From the human T2T-CHM13v2.0 reference genome, Homo sapiens, in NCBI RefSeq assembly GCF_009914755.1, contig NC_060928.1: 64,000 nt of DNA; one strand, given 5' to 3'. This document shows positions 29,481 to 41,294 of this stretch, in pieces (position 1 is the first letter of the stretch; each line of letters starts with the position of its first letter). The notes under the pieces are model-generated. The model saw only the letters and a list, made by a program, of their open reading frames with translations. It had not been told where the DNA came from and did not search any database. Both the position numbers and the translations under genes were made by a program.

Positions 29481-32400
29481 TTCCCATCTTCTTATATTAA
29501 TAAGAAAAATAAAACAAAATAGTGTTGAAGTGGTGGGGCGGCAAAATTTTTGGGGGGTGGTATGGAGAGATAATGCGCGATGTTTCTCAGGGCTGCTTCG
29601 AGCAGGATTAGGAGTGGCGTGGGAACCTAGAGGGTGAGAGATTAAGCTGAAGGAAGATTTTGTGGTAAGGGGTGATATTGTGGGGTTGTTAGAAGAAACA
29701 TTTGTCATATAGAATTATTGGTGATGGCCTGGATATGGTTTTGTATGAACTGAAAAACTAAATGGAATAAGACAAGGAGAAAAACAGGTATTAAAGGACT
29801 AAGAATTGGGAAGACCTAGGACATCTAATTAGAGAGTGCCTAAGGAGATTCAGCATAGCCCTGCCAGCAAAGATTATTTATTTACTTTAAGAGGGAGTCA
29901 AGAGTGGCGGTTTGGGGATAGCACCAGGAGATATCAGCTGTGATGGCTTGGAGAAGCAGTGAAAACCGGCAGTTTTTCTGAGAACAGTGAATAGGAGTAT
30001 GACTAGACAGAAGACAGTAGGGATGACAAGTTTTTTGGGGCACAGTCCAAGTTGGTCTGGTGTCTGGAATGAGGCTGGGGCCTAATAAAAAGAAGCGTCT
30101 ATACAGGAGCTCAAATGGGCTGTACCTTGTAGCATTCTGAGGACAGGCCTGAATTATGAGAAGGGAAAGAGGTAAAAGTATTGTCCAGTCCTTTTTAAGT
30201 TGGAGGCTGAGCTTGGTGAGGTGTGTCTTTAAAAGACCATTTGTCCATTCTACCTTTCCTGAAGATTGAGGACAGTAAGGGATATGAAGTTTCCACTGAA
30301 TACCAAGAGCCTGAGAAACTGCTTGGGTGATTTGACTAGTAAAGGCCGATCTGTTATAGGACTGTATAGAGGTGGGAAGGCCAAACCGAGGAATTACGTC
30401 TGACAGAAGAGAAGAGATGACCGTGGTGGCCTTCTTAGACCCTGTGGGAAAGGCCTCTACCTATCCAGTGAAAGTGTCTACCTAGACCAAGAGGTATTTT
30501 ATAGTTTCCTGACTCAGGGCATGTTGAGTAAAGCCAATTTGCCAGTCCTGGGCGGGAGCAAATCCCCGAGCTTGATGTGTAGGGAAGGGAGGGGGCCTGA
30601 ATAATCCCTGAGGAGTAGTAGAATAGCGGATGGAACACTGAGAAGTGATTTCCTTGAGGATAGATTTCCATGATGAAAAGGAAATAAGAGGTTCTAAGAA
30701 ATGGGCTAGTGGCTTGTAACCTACATGGAAGAGGTTATGAAATGATGACAGAATAGAATGGGCCTGTGTGGCTGGAAGGAGATATTTTCCTCGGTCTAAG
30801 AACCATTTGTCTTGTGTGGGAAGAGACTGATAGGTGGAAGTTTCAGCAGGGCAGCGGGGCAGTAGGTGGGAGTGGTCAGATGAGAAGGAGAAAAACTGAA
30901 AGTGAGGAATAGAAGTTGCAACGCTAGCTGCTTTTTTAGCTATCTTATCAGCATAAGCATTGTCCTGAGCGATAGGATCTGATGCCTTCTGATGGCCTTT
31001 GCAGTGAATGACTCTAGCTTCCTTTGGAAGTAAAGCGGCTTTGAGAAGCGTTTTTATTAAAGAGGCATTAATGATAGAGGACACTTGTGTAGTGAGAAAA
31101 CCTCTTGCATGGTGGTGCAGGATATGGAAGGCATATTTAGAGTCAGTATAAATATTGACGTGTAGTCCTTTTGCAAGAGTGAGGGCTTGATTTAAGGCAA
31201 TGAGTTCGGCTTGCTGAGAGGTAGTGGAGGGGGGCAGAGCAGTAGCCTCAATGATAGATGTGGAAGATAATATAGCATAGCCTGCCTTTGCTGGTGAGTG
31301 GTGATTAGGCCTGGTGGAACTGCCATCAATAAACCAAGTCTGTTCAGGGTGAGGAACATGAAAGAATATGGGGAAATGGAGTGAATGTCAGGTGGATTAG
31401 AGAGATACAGTCATGGGGGTCAGGTGTGGTATCAGGAATAATGTAGGAGGCCGGATTGAAGTCCGGGCCAGAAACAATGGTAACTGTGGGAGACTCAACA
31501 AAGAGTGAGTACAGCTGAAGGAGCCGGGGAGCAGAAAGTGTATGTGTCAGGTGTGAGGAAGAAAATAGATTTTGGAAGTTATGAGAACTGTAGAGAATGA
31601 GTTGAGCATAGTTTGTGATTCTAAGGGCCTCTAAAAGTATTAGGGCAGCATCAGCCGCTGCACGCAGACTTGAGGGCTAGGCAAAACAGTAAGGTCAAGT
31701 TGTTTGGATAAAAAGCCTACAGGGTGCGGTCCTGGTCCTTGTGTAAGAATTCCGACTGCACAGCCCTGCACTTTGGCTGTGGGTAATGGAAAGGGTTGGG
31801 ATGAGTCAGGGAGAGCTAGGGTGGGGGTAGTCTCTAAAGCTGTCTTCAAGGAACAGAAAGAGGAGTGGGGAAAGGATTTAGGATCTGTGGGGTCAGCTAG
31901 GTTTCCTTTTGTGAGTTTATATAATGGTTTTGTTAGGATGGCAAAACCAGGTATCTAAAGTCGAAAGTATCCAACCATGCCTAAGAAGGAAAGGAGTTGT
32001 TGTTTTGTAGAAGGTGTTGGGGTTTGAGAGATCAGTCAGACATGATCGGCAGGGAGCGCACGTGTGTTTTTATGAGAATTATGTCGAGATAGGTAACAGA
32101 TGAGGAAGAAATTTGGGCTTGACTGAAGTAATGGGGGCTGTCTGTGAAGCCTTGAGGCAGTACAGCCCAGGTAATTTGCTGAGCCTGATGGATGTCAGGG
32201 TCAGTCTAAGTGAAAGCGAAGAGAGGCTGGGGTGAAGGGTACAAAGCAATAGTAAAGAAAGCATGTTTGAGATCCAGAATAGAATAATGGGTTTGTGGAG
32301 GGAGGTATTTAGGATAGGAGAGCATATGGGGTTGGCACCATGGGGTGGATAGGCAAAACAATTTGGTTGATAAGGCACAGATCCTGAACTAACCTGTAAG

Positions 32401-34339
32401 GCTTGTCTGGTTTTTGGACAGGTAAAATCGGGGAATTGTATGGAGAGTTTATAGGCTTTAAAAGGCCATGCTGTAGCAGGCGAGTGATAACAGGCTTTAA
32501 TCCTTTTAAAGTGCGCTGCGGGATGGGATATTGGCATTGAGTGGGGTAAGGGTGATTAGGTTTTAGTGAGATGGTAAGGGGTGCATGATCGGTCACTGAG
32601 GAGGGAGTAGAGGTGTCCTATACTTGTGGTTTAAGGTGGGGAGATACAAGGAGAGGATATGAAGGAGGCTTTGAACTGGGGGAAAAGGTGGCAATGAGGT
32701 GTGGCTATAGCCCAGGAATAGTCAGGGAAGCAGATAACTTAATTAAAATGTCTGGACCTAATAAGGGAGCTGGGCAGGTGGGGATAACTAAAATGAGTGC
32801 TTAAAAGAGCATTGTCTAAGTTGGCACCAGAGTTGGGGAGTTTTAAGAGGTTTAGAAGCCTGGCCGTCAATACCTACAACAGTTATGGAGGCAAGGGAAA
32901 CAGGCCCTTGAAAAGAAGCTAATGTGGAGTGAGTAGACTCCATGTTGATTAAGAAGGGGATAGACTTACCCTCCACTGTGAGAGTTACCTGAAGATCGGC
33001 ATCCTTGATGGTCTAGGGGGCTTCTGAGGCAATCAGGCAGCGTCAGTCTTCAGCCGCTAAGCTGAGAAGATCTGGGAAGGAGTCAGTCAGAGAGCCTTGG
33101 GCCAGAGTTCCAGGGGCTCTGGGAGTGGCTGCCAGGTGAGTTGAACAGTCCGATTTTCAGTGGGGTCCTGCACAGATGGGACATGGCTTAGGAGGAATCC
33201 TGGGCTGCGGGCATTCCTTGGCCCAGTGGCCAGATATCCAGCACTTGTAGCAAGCTCCTGGAGGAGGTGGGCCTGGAGGAATGCCTGCCTGCTGCGGTTT
33301 AGGCGTTTGGAAGTTCTTGTGTGCTGGAGATGTGGCTGGGGTTTGTCTCACAGTGGAGGGAAGGAATTGCAACTCAGAAATAGATTGCTACTTGGCTGCC
33401 TCTACTCTATTATTGTACACCTTAAAGGTGAGGTTAATTAAGTCCTGTTGTGGGGTTTGAGGGCCAGAATTTAATTTTTGGAGTTTTATTTAATGTCAGG
33501 AGCAGATTAGGTAATAAAATAAAATGCATATTAAGAATAAGACGGCCTTCTGACCTTTCAGGGTCTAGGGCTGTAAAGCGTCTCAGGGTTGCTGCCAAAC
33601 AAGCCAAAAACTGGGCTGGGTTTTTATATTCGACGAAAAAGAGCCTAAACGCTAACTGATTTTGGGAGGGGTCAGATAAAGAAAAAGGAGCATTAACCTT
33701 GACTATGCCTTTAGCTCCAGCCACCTGTTTAAGAGGAAATTGCTGGGCAGGTTGGGGAGGGCTAGTCACGGAACGAAACTGTAAGCCAGACCGGGTGTGA
33801 GGAGGGGAGGTGATAAAAGGATTATAGGGTTGGGGAGCAGAGGCTAAGGAAGAATTGGGACCTGGCTCAGCCTGGCGAGGAGCAGCCTGGGGAGGAGGGG
33901 AGAGGTCAGATGGGTCTGTAGAAAAGGAAGATTAGAAAGACTCAGCGACGCTTGGGGTTGGGATTGAGGGGACAGGCAGGAGGGAAAGAAGGAAGATTTG
34001 GGATAAGTCGCATTGGGAACAGAGACTAGGGAGGGAACAATGTGTAAAAGAATGCCTGGACACCAGGCACCTCAGACCATTTGCCCATTTTACGACAAGA
34101 ATTATCTAGATCTTGTAGGATGGAAAAATCAAAAGTGCCATTTTCTGGCTATTTGGAATGACTGTCGAGTTTGTATTGGGGTCAAGTGGCATTGTAGAAG
34201 AAAATAAGGCATTTAGGTTTTAGGTCAGGTATGAGTTGAAGAGGTTTTACGTTCTTGAGAACACAGGCTAAGGAAGAAGGAGGAATGGAGGGTGGAAGGC
34301 TGCCCATAGTGAAGGAGGCAAGCCCAGAGAAAAGAGAGA

Positions 34340-34855
34340 GTAGAGACTTGGAGAGAAAGGGTGGGGGTGCTTGCCCTCCAGGAAAGTGGAGAAGGGGTAG
34401 AGACACGGGGAGAAGGGGTTGGGGGGTTCTTGCCCACCAGAAAAGCGGAGAAGGGGTAGAGACACAGAGAGAAGGGGTGGGGGGTGCTTGCCCTCCAGGA
34501 AAGTGGAGAAGGGGTAGAGACATGGGGAGAAGGGGTTGGGGGGTTCTTGCCCACCAGAAAAGCGGAGAAGGGGTAGAGACACAGAGAGAAGGGGTGGGGG
34601 GTGCTTGCCCTCCAGGAAAGTGGAGAAGGGGTAGAGACACGGGGAGAAGGGGTTGGGGGGTTCTTGCCCACCAGAAAAGCGGAGAAGGGGTAGAGACACA
34701 GAGAGAAGGGGTGGGGGGTGCTTGCCCCCCCAGGAAAGTGGAGAAGGGGTAGAGAGAGAGAAGGGGTCGGGGGTTTCTTGCCTCCCAGAAAAGCAGAGAA
34801 GGTGTAGAGACATGGAGATAAGGGGTTGGGGGTTCTTGCCCCCCCAGAAAAGCGG
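34340..34855. repeat. G-rich tandem array in HERV-H leader: nine ~58-bp monomers, core organised as 117-bp dimers
   Basis: Nine recurrences of cttgcc...gaaa..gagaaggggtagagac; 39-aa periodicity in overlapping ORFs. Confidence 0.93.
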
Positions 34856-35294
34856 TACTTGCTGCTAAGGGTGAAGGACCAAGGCAGGCGTCCCCACGTG
34901 GTCAGACGCCTCTGAAATGTGGGTGAATAATCAGGCAGGCATCCCCACGTGATTACACACTAAGGGAAGACTGTCTTCCCAAGTCCGTGACCGGCACCAG
35001 AGTTTTGGGTTCACGGGTAAAACGTGTCTCCTTTGTCTCTATCAGAAAAGGAAAGAAATTGAAATTAAGAGAAGGGAGAGATTGAAAGATGGCGCCAAGA
35101 TTGAAAGGAGAAAGAGGTTGAGGGATAGTGAGAGAGGCTGGAGAAGAGAATAAAGAGAGGCTGCTTACCAGATTTTAAATTGGTGAGATGTTCCTTGGGC
35201 TGGTTGGTCTGAGGACCAGAGGTTGTAGGTGGATCTTTCTCATGGAACAAAGAGCAGGAAGACAGGGGATTGATCTCCCAAGGGAGGTCCCCCG

Positions 35295-35312
35295 ATCTGA
35301 GTCATGGCACCA
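35295..35312 (-). other. Primer binding site for tRNA-His
   Basis: Minus strand TGGTGCCATGACTCAGAT versus canonical TGGTGCCGTGACTCGGAT (two CpG-type changes), 2 nt from the 5' LTR. Confidence 0.93.
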
Positions 35313-35314
35313 AA

Positions 35315-35729
35315 TTTCACGCATGTCTGTGTGAAGAGACCACCAAACAAGCTTTGTGTGAGCAACAAGGCTGTTTATTTCACCAGGGTGCAGGTGGGCT
35401 GAGTCCGAAAAGAGAGTCAGCAAAGGGAGATGGGGTGGTGCCATTTTATAGGATTTGGGTAGGTAAAGGAAAATTACAGTCGAAGGGGAGGGTTGTTCTC
35501 TGGCTGGCAAGGGTGGGGGTCACAAGGTGCTCAGTGGGGGAGCTTTTGAGCCAGGATGAGCCAGGAAAATGAATTTCACCAGGTAATGTCATCAGTTAAG
35601 GCAGGAACAGGCCATTTTCACTTCTTTTGTGGTGGAATGTCATCAGTTAAGGCAGGAACTGGCCATCTGGATGTGTACGTGCAGGTCACAGGGGATATGA
35701 TGGCTTAGCTTTGGCTCAGAGGCCTGACA
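35315..35729 (-). promoter_or_regulatory. HERV-H 5' LTR (LTR7) with TATAAAA (35444-35450) and AATAAA (35374-35379)
   Basis: Direct repeat of 29075-29480; two GTTCCTGCCTTAACTGATGACATT type I U3 repeats. Confidence 0.95.
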
Positions 35730-35870
35730 TTTACCACATTAACTGTGGTATATTTAATCAAGCTAAGTAATTAACATTAGTATAATACTATTAACTAAAC
35801 AAGACTTTATTCAGATTTCACTAGTTTTTTTTGCTAACGTCCTTTTTCTGTTCCAGGATCCAATCCAGTA
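35730..35870 (-). mobile_element. L1MC-like 3' fragment split by HERV-H insertion (other half about 29010-29074)
   Basis: ctaatgttaacatttt | ...aattaacattagtataatactattaactaaac...cctttttctgttccaggatccaatccag. Confidence 0.7.
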
Positions 35871-36274
35871 TCTGAAAGAGCTTTTTAGTTTCCTATAAAC
35901 TTTAAATTAATTGTCAGAATGGGCGAAGTTCCTAAATAAATGTAATAAGTCAATTATTATTTTAGTAAGAAAGTGAAAAGGAGAATGCAGACTCGGTGGT
36001 TCTTTTTAAGCATTTATGGGAAGGAACCACAAACCTCCAGCAATGTAAACACAAGATTCCTTTATGGGAGATCTGGGCCAAGAAGCAGGGCAACTCACCA
36101 TTTTATGCACTTGTACTTGGAACAGTTTTCCACCTGCTTGTCTGCGCCAGCCTGATTCTGGGTAAACAATGACGTGCTTAGGCAATTTTTGGCTCTGGTA
36201 CTTGGAACTCAGCTTGTAAAGGATATGTTACAGACCATAAACAGCCTATAAACCGCCACTCATTTCCCTGACAA

Positions 36275-37005
36275 ATTCAGCTGGATTACTGCACTTGTCT
36301 CCTGGCTCATCTCCCTGCTTCTGCCTGCCGCGCTTCGGTTTATTCTCAACACAGTCCACTTAAAACCAACTGGAGACGAGGCCACCACTCCTCCATTCAA
36401 GCTTTCACTGGCTGCCATCTATTTCTAGGTAAAAATGAAAGTCCTTACCTATAAGATTCTAAACAATCTGACCCCTGTTGTGTCCCCTCCAACCTCCTCT
36501 CTGACTCCTCACCCCCTGGCTTCCTCCTCTCAGGGCCCACTGTCCTCGTCACCAGTCTTCACACAGGCCAGGTCAGTCTGACCTCAGCACCTTTGCATTT
36601 ACTATTCCTGCAGCTTAGAATCCTCCAGTCTCAGAAATCATATGGCTCCCGCCCTTACTTCCTTCTGGTCCTCACTCAAAAATTCATCTTCTCAGTAAGG
36701 TCTTCCCTAGTCATCCTATCTAAAATTGCAACAACACCCACACACATCCACATGCATACTTAAACACTCCCTACTCCCTTTCCTCCTTTATTTTTCTCCC
36801 TAGCATCCATCACTATATAACAAGCCATGTAATTTATTTTTTTATCATGTTTCTCATCTATCTCTCCCACTAGAAAGTAAACTCGGTGACACAAGGATTT
36901 TGTTGGTTTGTTGTGTTGCTACTGCTCTTTCGCAGAAAGACATAGTGTCTAGCATATAGTAGGTGCTTCATAAATATTTGTTGAATGAATGAAAGATGAA
37001 TGAAT
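36275..37005 (+). mobile_element. L2a LINE 3' end
   Basis: ctggattactgca...acctcagcacctttgcatttactattcc...gtaggtgcttcataaatatttgttgaatgaatgaa terminus. Confidence 0.85.
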
Positions 37006-38721
37006 GGGGGATCCTGGCTCCCTGTTGTCCCACCTGCCATTCACAGCTTTGCCCACACACCTGTGTGTGTGAAGCCACCCCAGGGCACACTAGACAGTCA
37101 CTCCCTCCATGGCCACACAAAGTCCACTTCTTTGGTAAGCTCGGCCAGAAAGGCAGTTTGAGTAATGACTCTCAGGTAACTGATTCTCATGAACAGTCGG
37201 GTCTGTGGTCCATTTGATAGTTAAACAAGTTACAAAATATTCCGTTCTGACATCCTATGGGGAAGAAGGAGAAACTCCAAAAGTTAAAAGCCTCTGTTCA
37301 GCAATTTCCAAACTCTGCCTACCAGCTTCCTACTTAAAAGGCAGAAGAGATTACAGTCATATCTGATATAGCAGTACTCTCCAGAAGTCATTCCATCCTC
37401 TGGTAGGCAAGGAGAGTGGGTAGAGTGGGGAGGTGATGAGTCCCAGAGAGAATAAATAGGATTCTGAACCATGGAATAAATTGAACAGCCCTCATTGCTG
37501 TTCAAATAGAAGCAATGTGCTTTCCCCCATGCTATGTTGGATAGGGTAAGAACAGGTTTAAAGTGGAAAACTATTCTTAAACCACTCACATATGGAGTGC
37601 CTCTTTTTGTGTCAAGATGCTAAATGAAAGAAACTGAATTCCCTATTATTTTCGCCTTCTCCTCCTTAGAATTCATGAATTTGCTAAAGTCATTTAGAGT
37701 GCTCCTTTATAGTCTAAAAAGAAGAGTTCTGCAGAATTCTAAATATCATGTGTAAGAAGGAATAAAAGATGCAAAATAGACAAACGTGTCTTTTCCAACC
37801 AGTGCCATAAATTCTTTTAAGAAGTGTCTGCTTACTGTCCTCAATGTGCCAATCTGGGTACATCCATTTGTCACCTTGCGATTGTGCAAACTTTTTAAAA
37901 AATCTTTATTTTAAAAATTCATGTCAATACCGAACTACCTAGGCTGTTTATTTGAATTCCTTCCTCAAGATTAATGTCACCCCGAATTGTGGAACATTCA
38001 CAAAGACAGGCACCCTAAATAATTCCAGTTCTCCTCTTCTGCTGCAGGCTGCTGTTCTTAACTTCTTTTCACCTGCTTGCTTCTTTCTTCTAATGTTCTG
38101 GCAGTGCACAAGGCTTTTCAGGTTTCTCCCTATCAGCTTACACGAAAGGAAGTTCAACACTAGGAGATGCATTATCTCAAAGACCATCTGAGGATGCGAT
38201 GTTGTCTCTTTCAAAGAAATTCTGTGTGAGTGCTGCTGATGTGTGATGCAGGAGTAAAAAGCAGGTGCTTTCTGCACAACGAGCGAGGCTCCCTCACATT
38301 CTTTTGGGAGAGCCAAAGCCAACTTTCCTGAATTCCCCTGCAATCTAGTCTCACAACCAGGAAAGCTGCAAAGTGAGATTGTCCTGCTATTTCCCTGGCA
38401 ACTACGCGGCAAACTGCCTCTGCCCTTTAAGTGCTATATCTCATCAACCCAGATCTTTAAATTAAGCACTCATTCAGAGATGATTTATCATTCAGACTGT
38501 ATTAGACTTGACTTGATCTGTCATTTATTTTCTCAGGCAGAGGCAGTGCTGGTACACTATGCTAAGTCATCTCTCTGGGGCTCAAAAACGAGGTTGGGAA
38601 AAATGTAAGAACACATAAAGAACTGCATTACCCTCTCAAATATTTCTGTGCTTTCTGAGTTTTCAACATTGAGACAGGGCTATGAAGACAAACCTAAAGT
38701 GTCCTATAATAAACACAATTT

Positions 38722-39121
<400 letters not shown>

Positions 39122-39791
39122 TCATAACAGAATTAGAGGTGCTTCCGAGTTAACCAATATTTTTTTTCTTCTCCTGTATGGCATATATAAATTTGGCAAA
39201 CAAAACATTCTGTCTTATCTTTCTGTTTATTTTATAAACATATGTATTTGTATTTGATATATGTTAACACACATAAATATATACTTTTTTGGATTTGTGT
39301 GACAGGAGTCCATGACATTTTAAGTGTATGTTAGCCTACTCATCAATTCATCTTAGTATTTAATTTTCAGTGAAAATTAGTGCCTTTCTAATTCCAAGAA
39401 TGACACTAAATTAATAGAATTTAAATAGAATGAATAAAATTAATCTTTGCCAAAATAAATCAGTTGGGAGAATGTTAGACTGAAAAATTAAGAGAATTGA
39501 ATAGAATTCACTGAACTATCATAGCAAAATTTCTAATCCACAGCCTTAGAAAGTTAGCATATGTACAAAAATTCAATATAATTTTTCCGGTCTCGGACAT
39601 AGGAATACCTCCACCCTACCAATGGGGTGACATAGTGACCTGCTGGCTTCTGTGATAACTAAGAGTGGCCTCTACAGTGGCAACTGCCCTCAACTTGCCT
39701 TAAACATCCAGTAACCATCCACAAGCTGGTGGACAAGAATAGCGCAGCCAATTAAAAAGGAGCAACGGAGGTTCCTGGGGTCCTGGGATGA

Positions 39792-40160
<369 letters not shown>

Positions 40161-40950
40161 TGATTTTAATCATCTGCAGGCAGGCAACAGTTAAAGATGA
40201 GAGCCAATATTCCTCTAAGTGTCCTTGAAATGTAGTGAGCCGCTGTGTTAGCAGCAGGCCACCGTGGGCACTGCCCCAAGCTCTGAGAAGTGTGGTGACT
40301 GTGCCGCTAAAAGGTAAGTTGTCTCTTACATTCACAGGAGAGACCTTTTTAGCAACCTCAAGGTCATCGGTCAGTCTTAGATTTTGTAAGCAACCCAAAA
40401 CATAGCTACCTCTGTCGTGGTTTGGGAGGTGTGCTCCCCATCGGCCTCCGTGGCTAAATTCTTTCTCCGTGTTTCATTTTCTCACAATTATCTCCGTGTC
40501 TTTGATCCACTTGATTGCATTTCCTCCTATTGACTTTAGGAGATGCAGGAATTAACGTTTACCTTATATTTCCAAAGTTCTCTGTTTGTGTAATTGATAA
40601 CCTAGTTGTATTTTGCTCAGCCTTCACTTACATTTTCCCTTAGACCTTTTCCTTTTTATAGAGCTTGCATGGCTCTTTGTGTTGAGATTTTATTGCCCAG
40701 TCGAAATGATGCCTGATCAATTTCTGGAAAGGATGGCCTATTGTTTAGGCCCATTCCAAAGAGAAACTAAAATAACAAGATAATCTCAGGAGGAGCTTAA
40801 TTTTCTATACCAATCTCTAGCACAGGAAGGACAAATCAGCTTTTTCAAGCTTGTTTTAGACTCAAGTCTTCCAGAACTAATCATACACATTCAAACTCTT
40901 TGCCTATGCTTTTTTTTTTGTCAGAATTGCATACAAATTTGTAGCAAATA

Positions 40951-41294
40951 CAGAAGTCTTCCATTATCCATGGTCTCACTTTCTGCACTTTTGCCCAACT
41001 ATATTATGAAGTCCCAACTATAATATTAGGGGACTTCATGATATTATATTATTTTGGAACAGAGAGAGAGAGAGACCACATTGACATAACTTCATTATAA
41101 TGTAGTGCTATAATTGTTGTATATTATTATAGTTGGTATTAATCTCTTACTGTGCCTAATTTATAAAGTAAACTTTAACATAGGTACGTATGCATAAGAG
41201 AAAACATTGTATCTGTAGGGTTTGATACTATCTGTGGTTTTAAGCATCCCTGGGGGTTTGGAATATATCCTCCAAGAATAACGGGGGACTACTG
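40951..41294. mobile_element. MER2-family (Tigger-derived) DNA transposon
   Basis: TA-flanked ends cagaagtcttccattatcc ... gaataacgggggactactg; internal aatctcttactgtgcctaatttataaa. Confidence 0.8.

Larger units (their letters stand above)
29075..35729 (-). mobile_element. HERV-H provirus (6655 bp), antisense to GALNTL6, coding-defective
   Basis: Two LTR7s, 5-bp TSD TTTAC (29070-29074, 35730-35734), PBS-His, PPT at 29481-29493, gag NC CCHC ([14 protein letters not shown], ~33220-33260), pro, RT, RNase H and integrase remnants in the ORF track, env largely deleted. Confidence 0.97.

Noticed and set aside
30482-33769. HERV-H gag/pro/pol ORF pieces as functional genes
   Set aside because: Fragmented by stops and frameshifts; RT YxDD missing, protease motif degenerate, integrase truncated
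34182-34868. Four overlapping 148-181 aa repetitive ORFs on both strands
   Set aside because: By-product of a 117-bp (multiple of 3) stop-poor tandem repeat in the HERV-H leader; no evidence of a protein
37948-38412. 154-aa minus-strand ORF in non-repeat sequence
   Set aside because: Non-ATG start, no recognisable domain or splice structure; length compatible with chance
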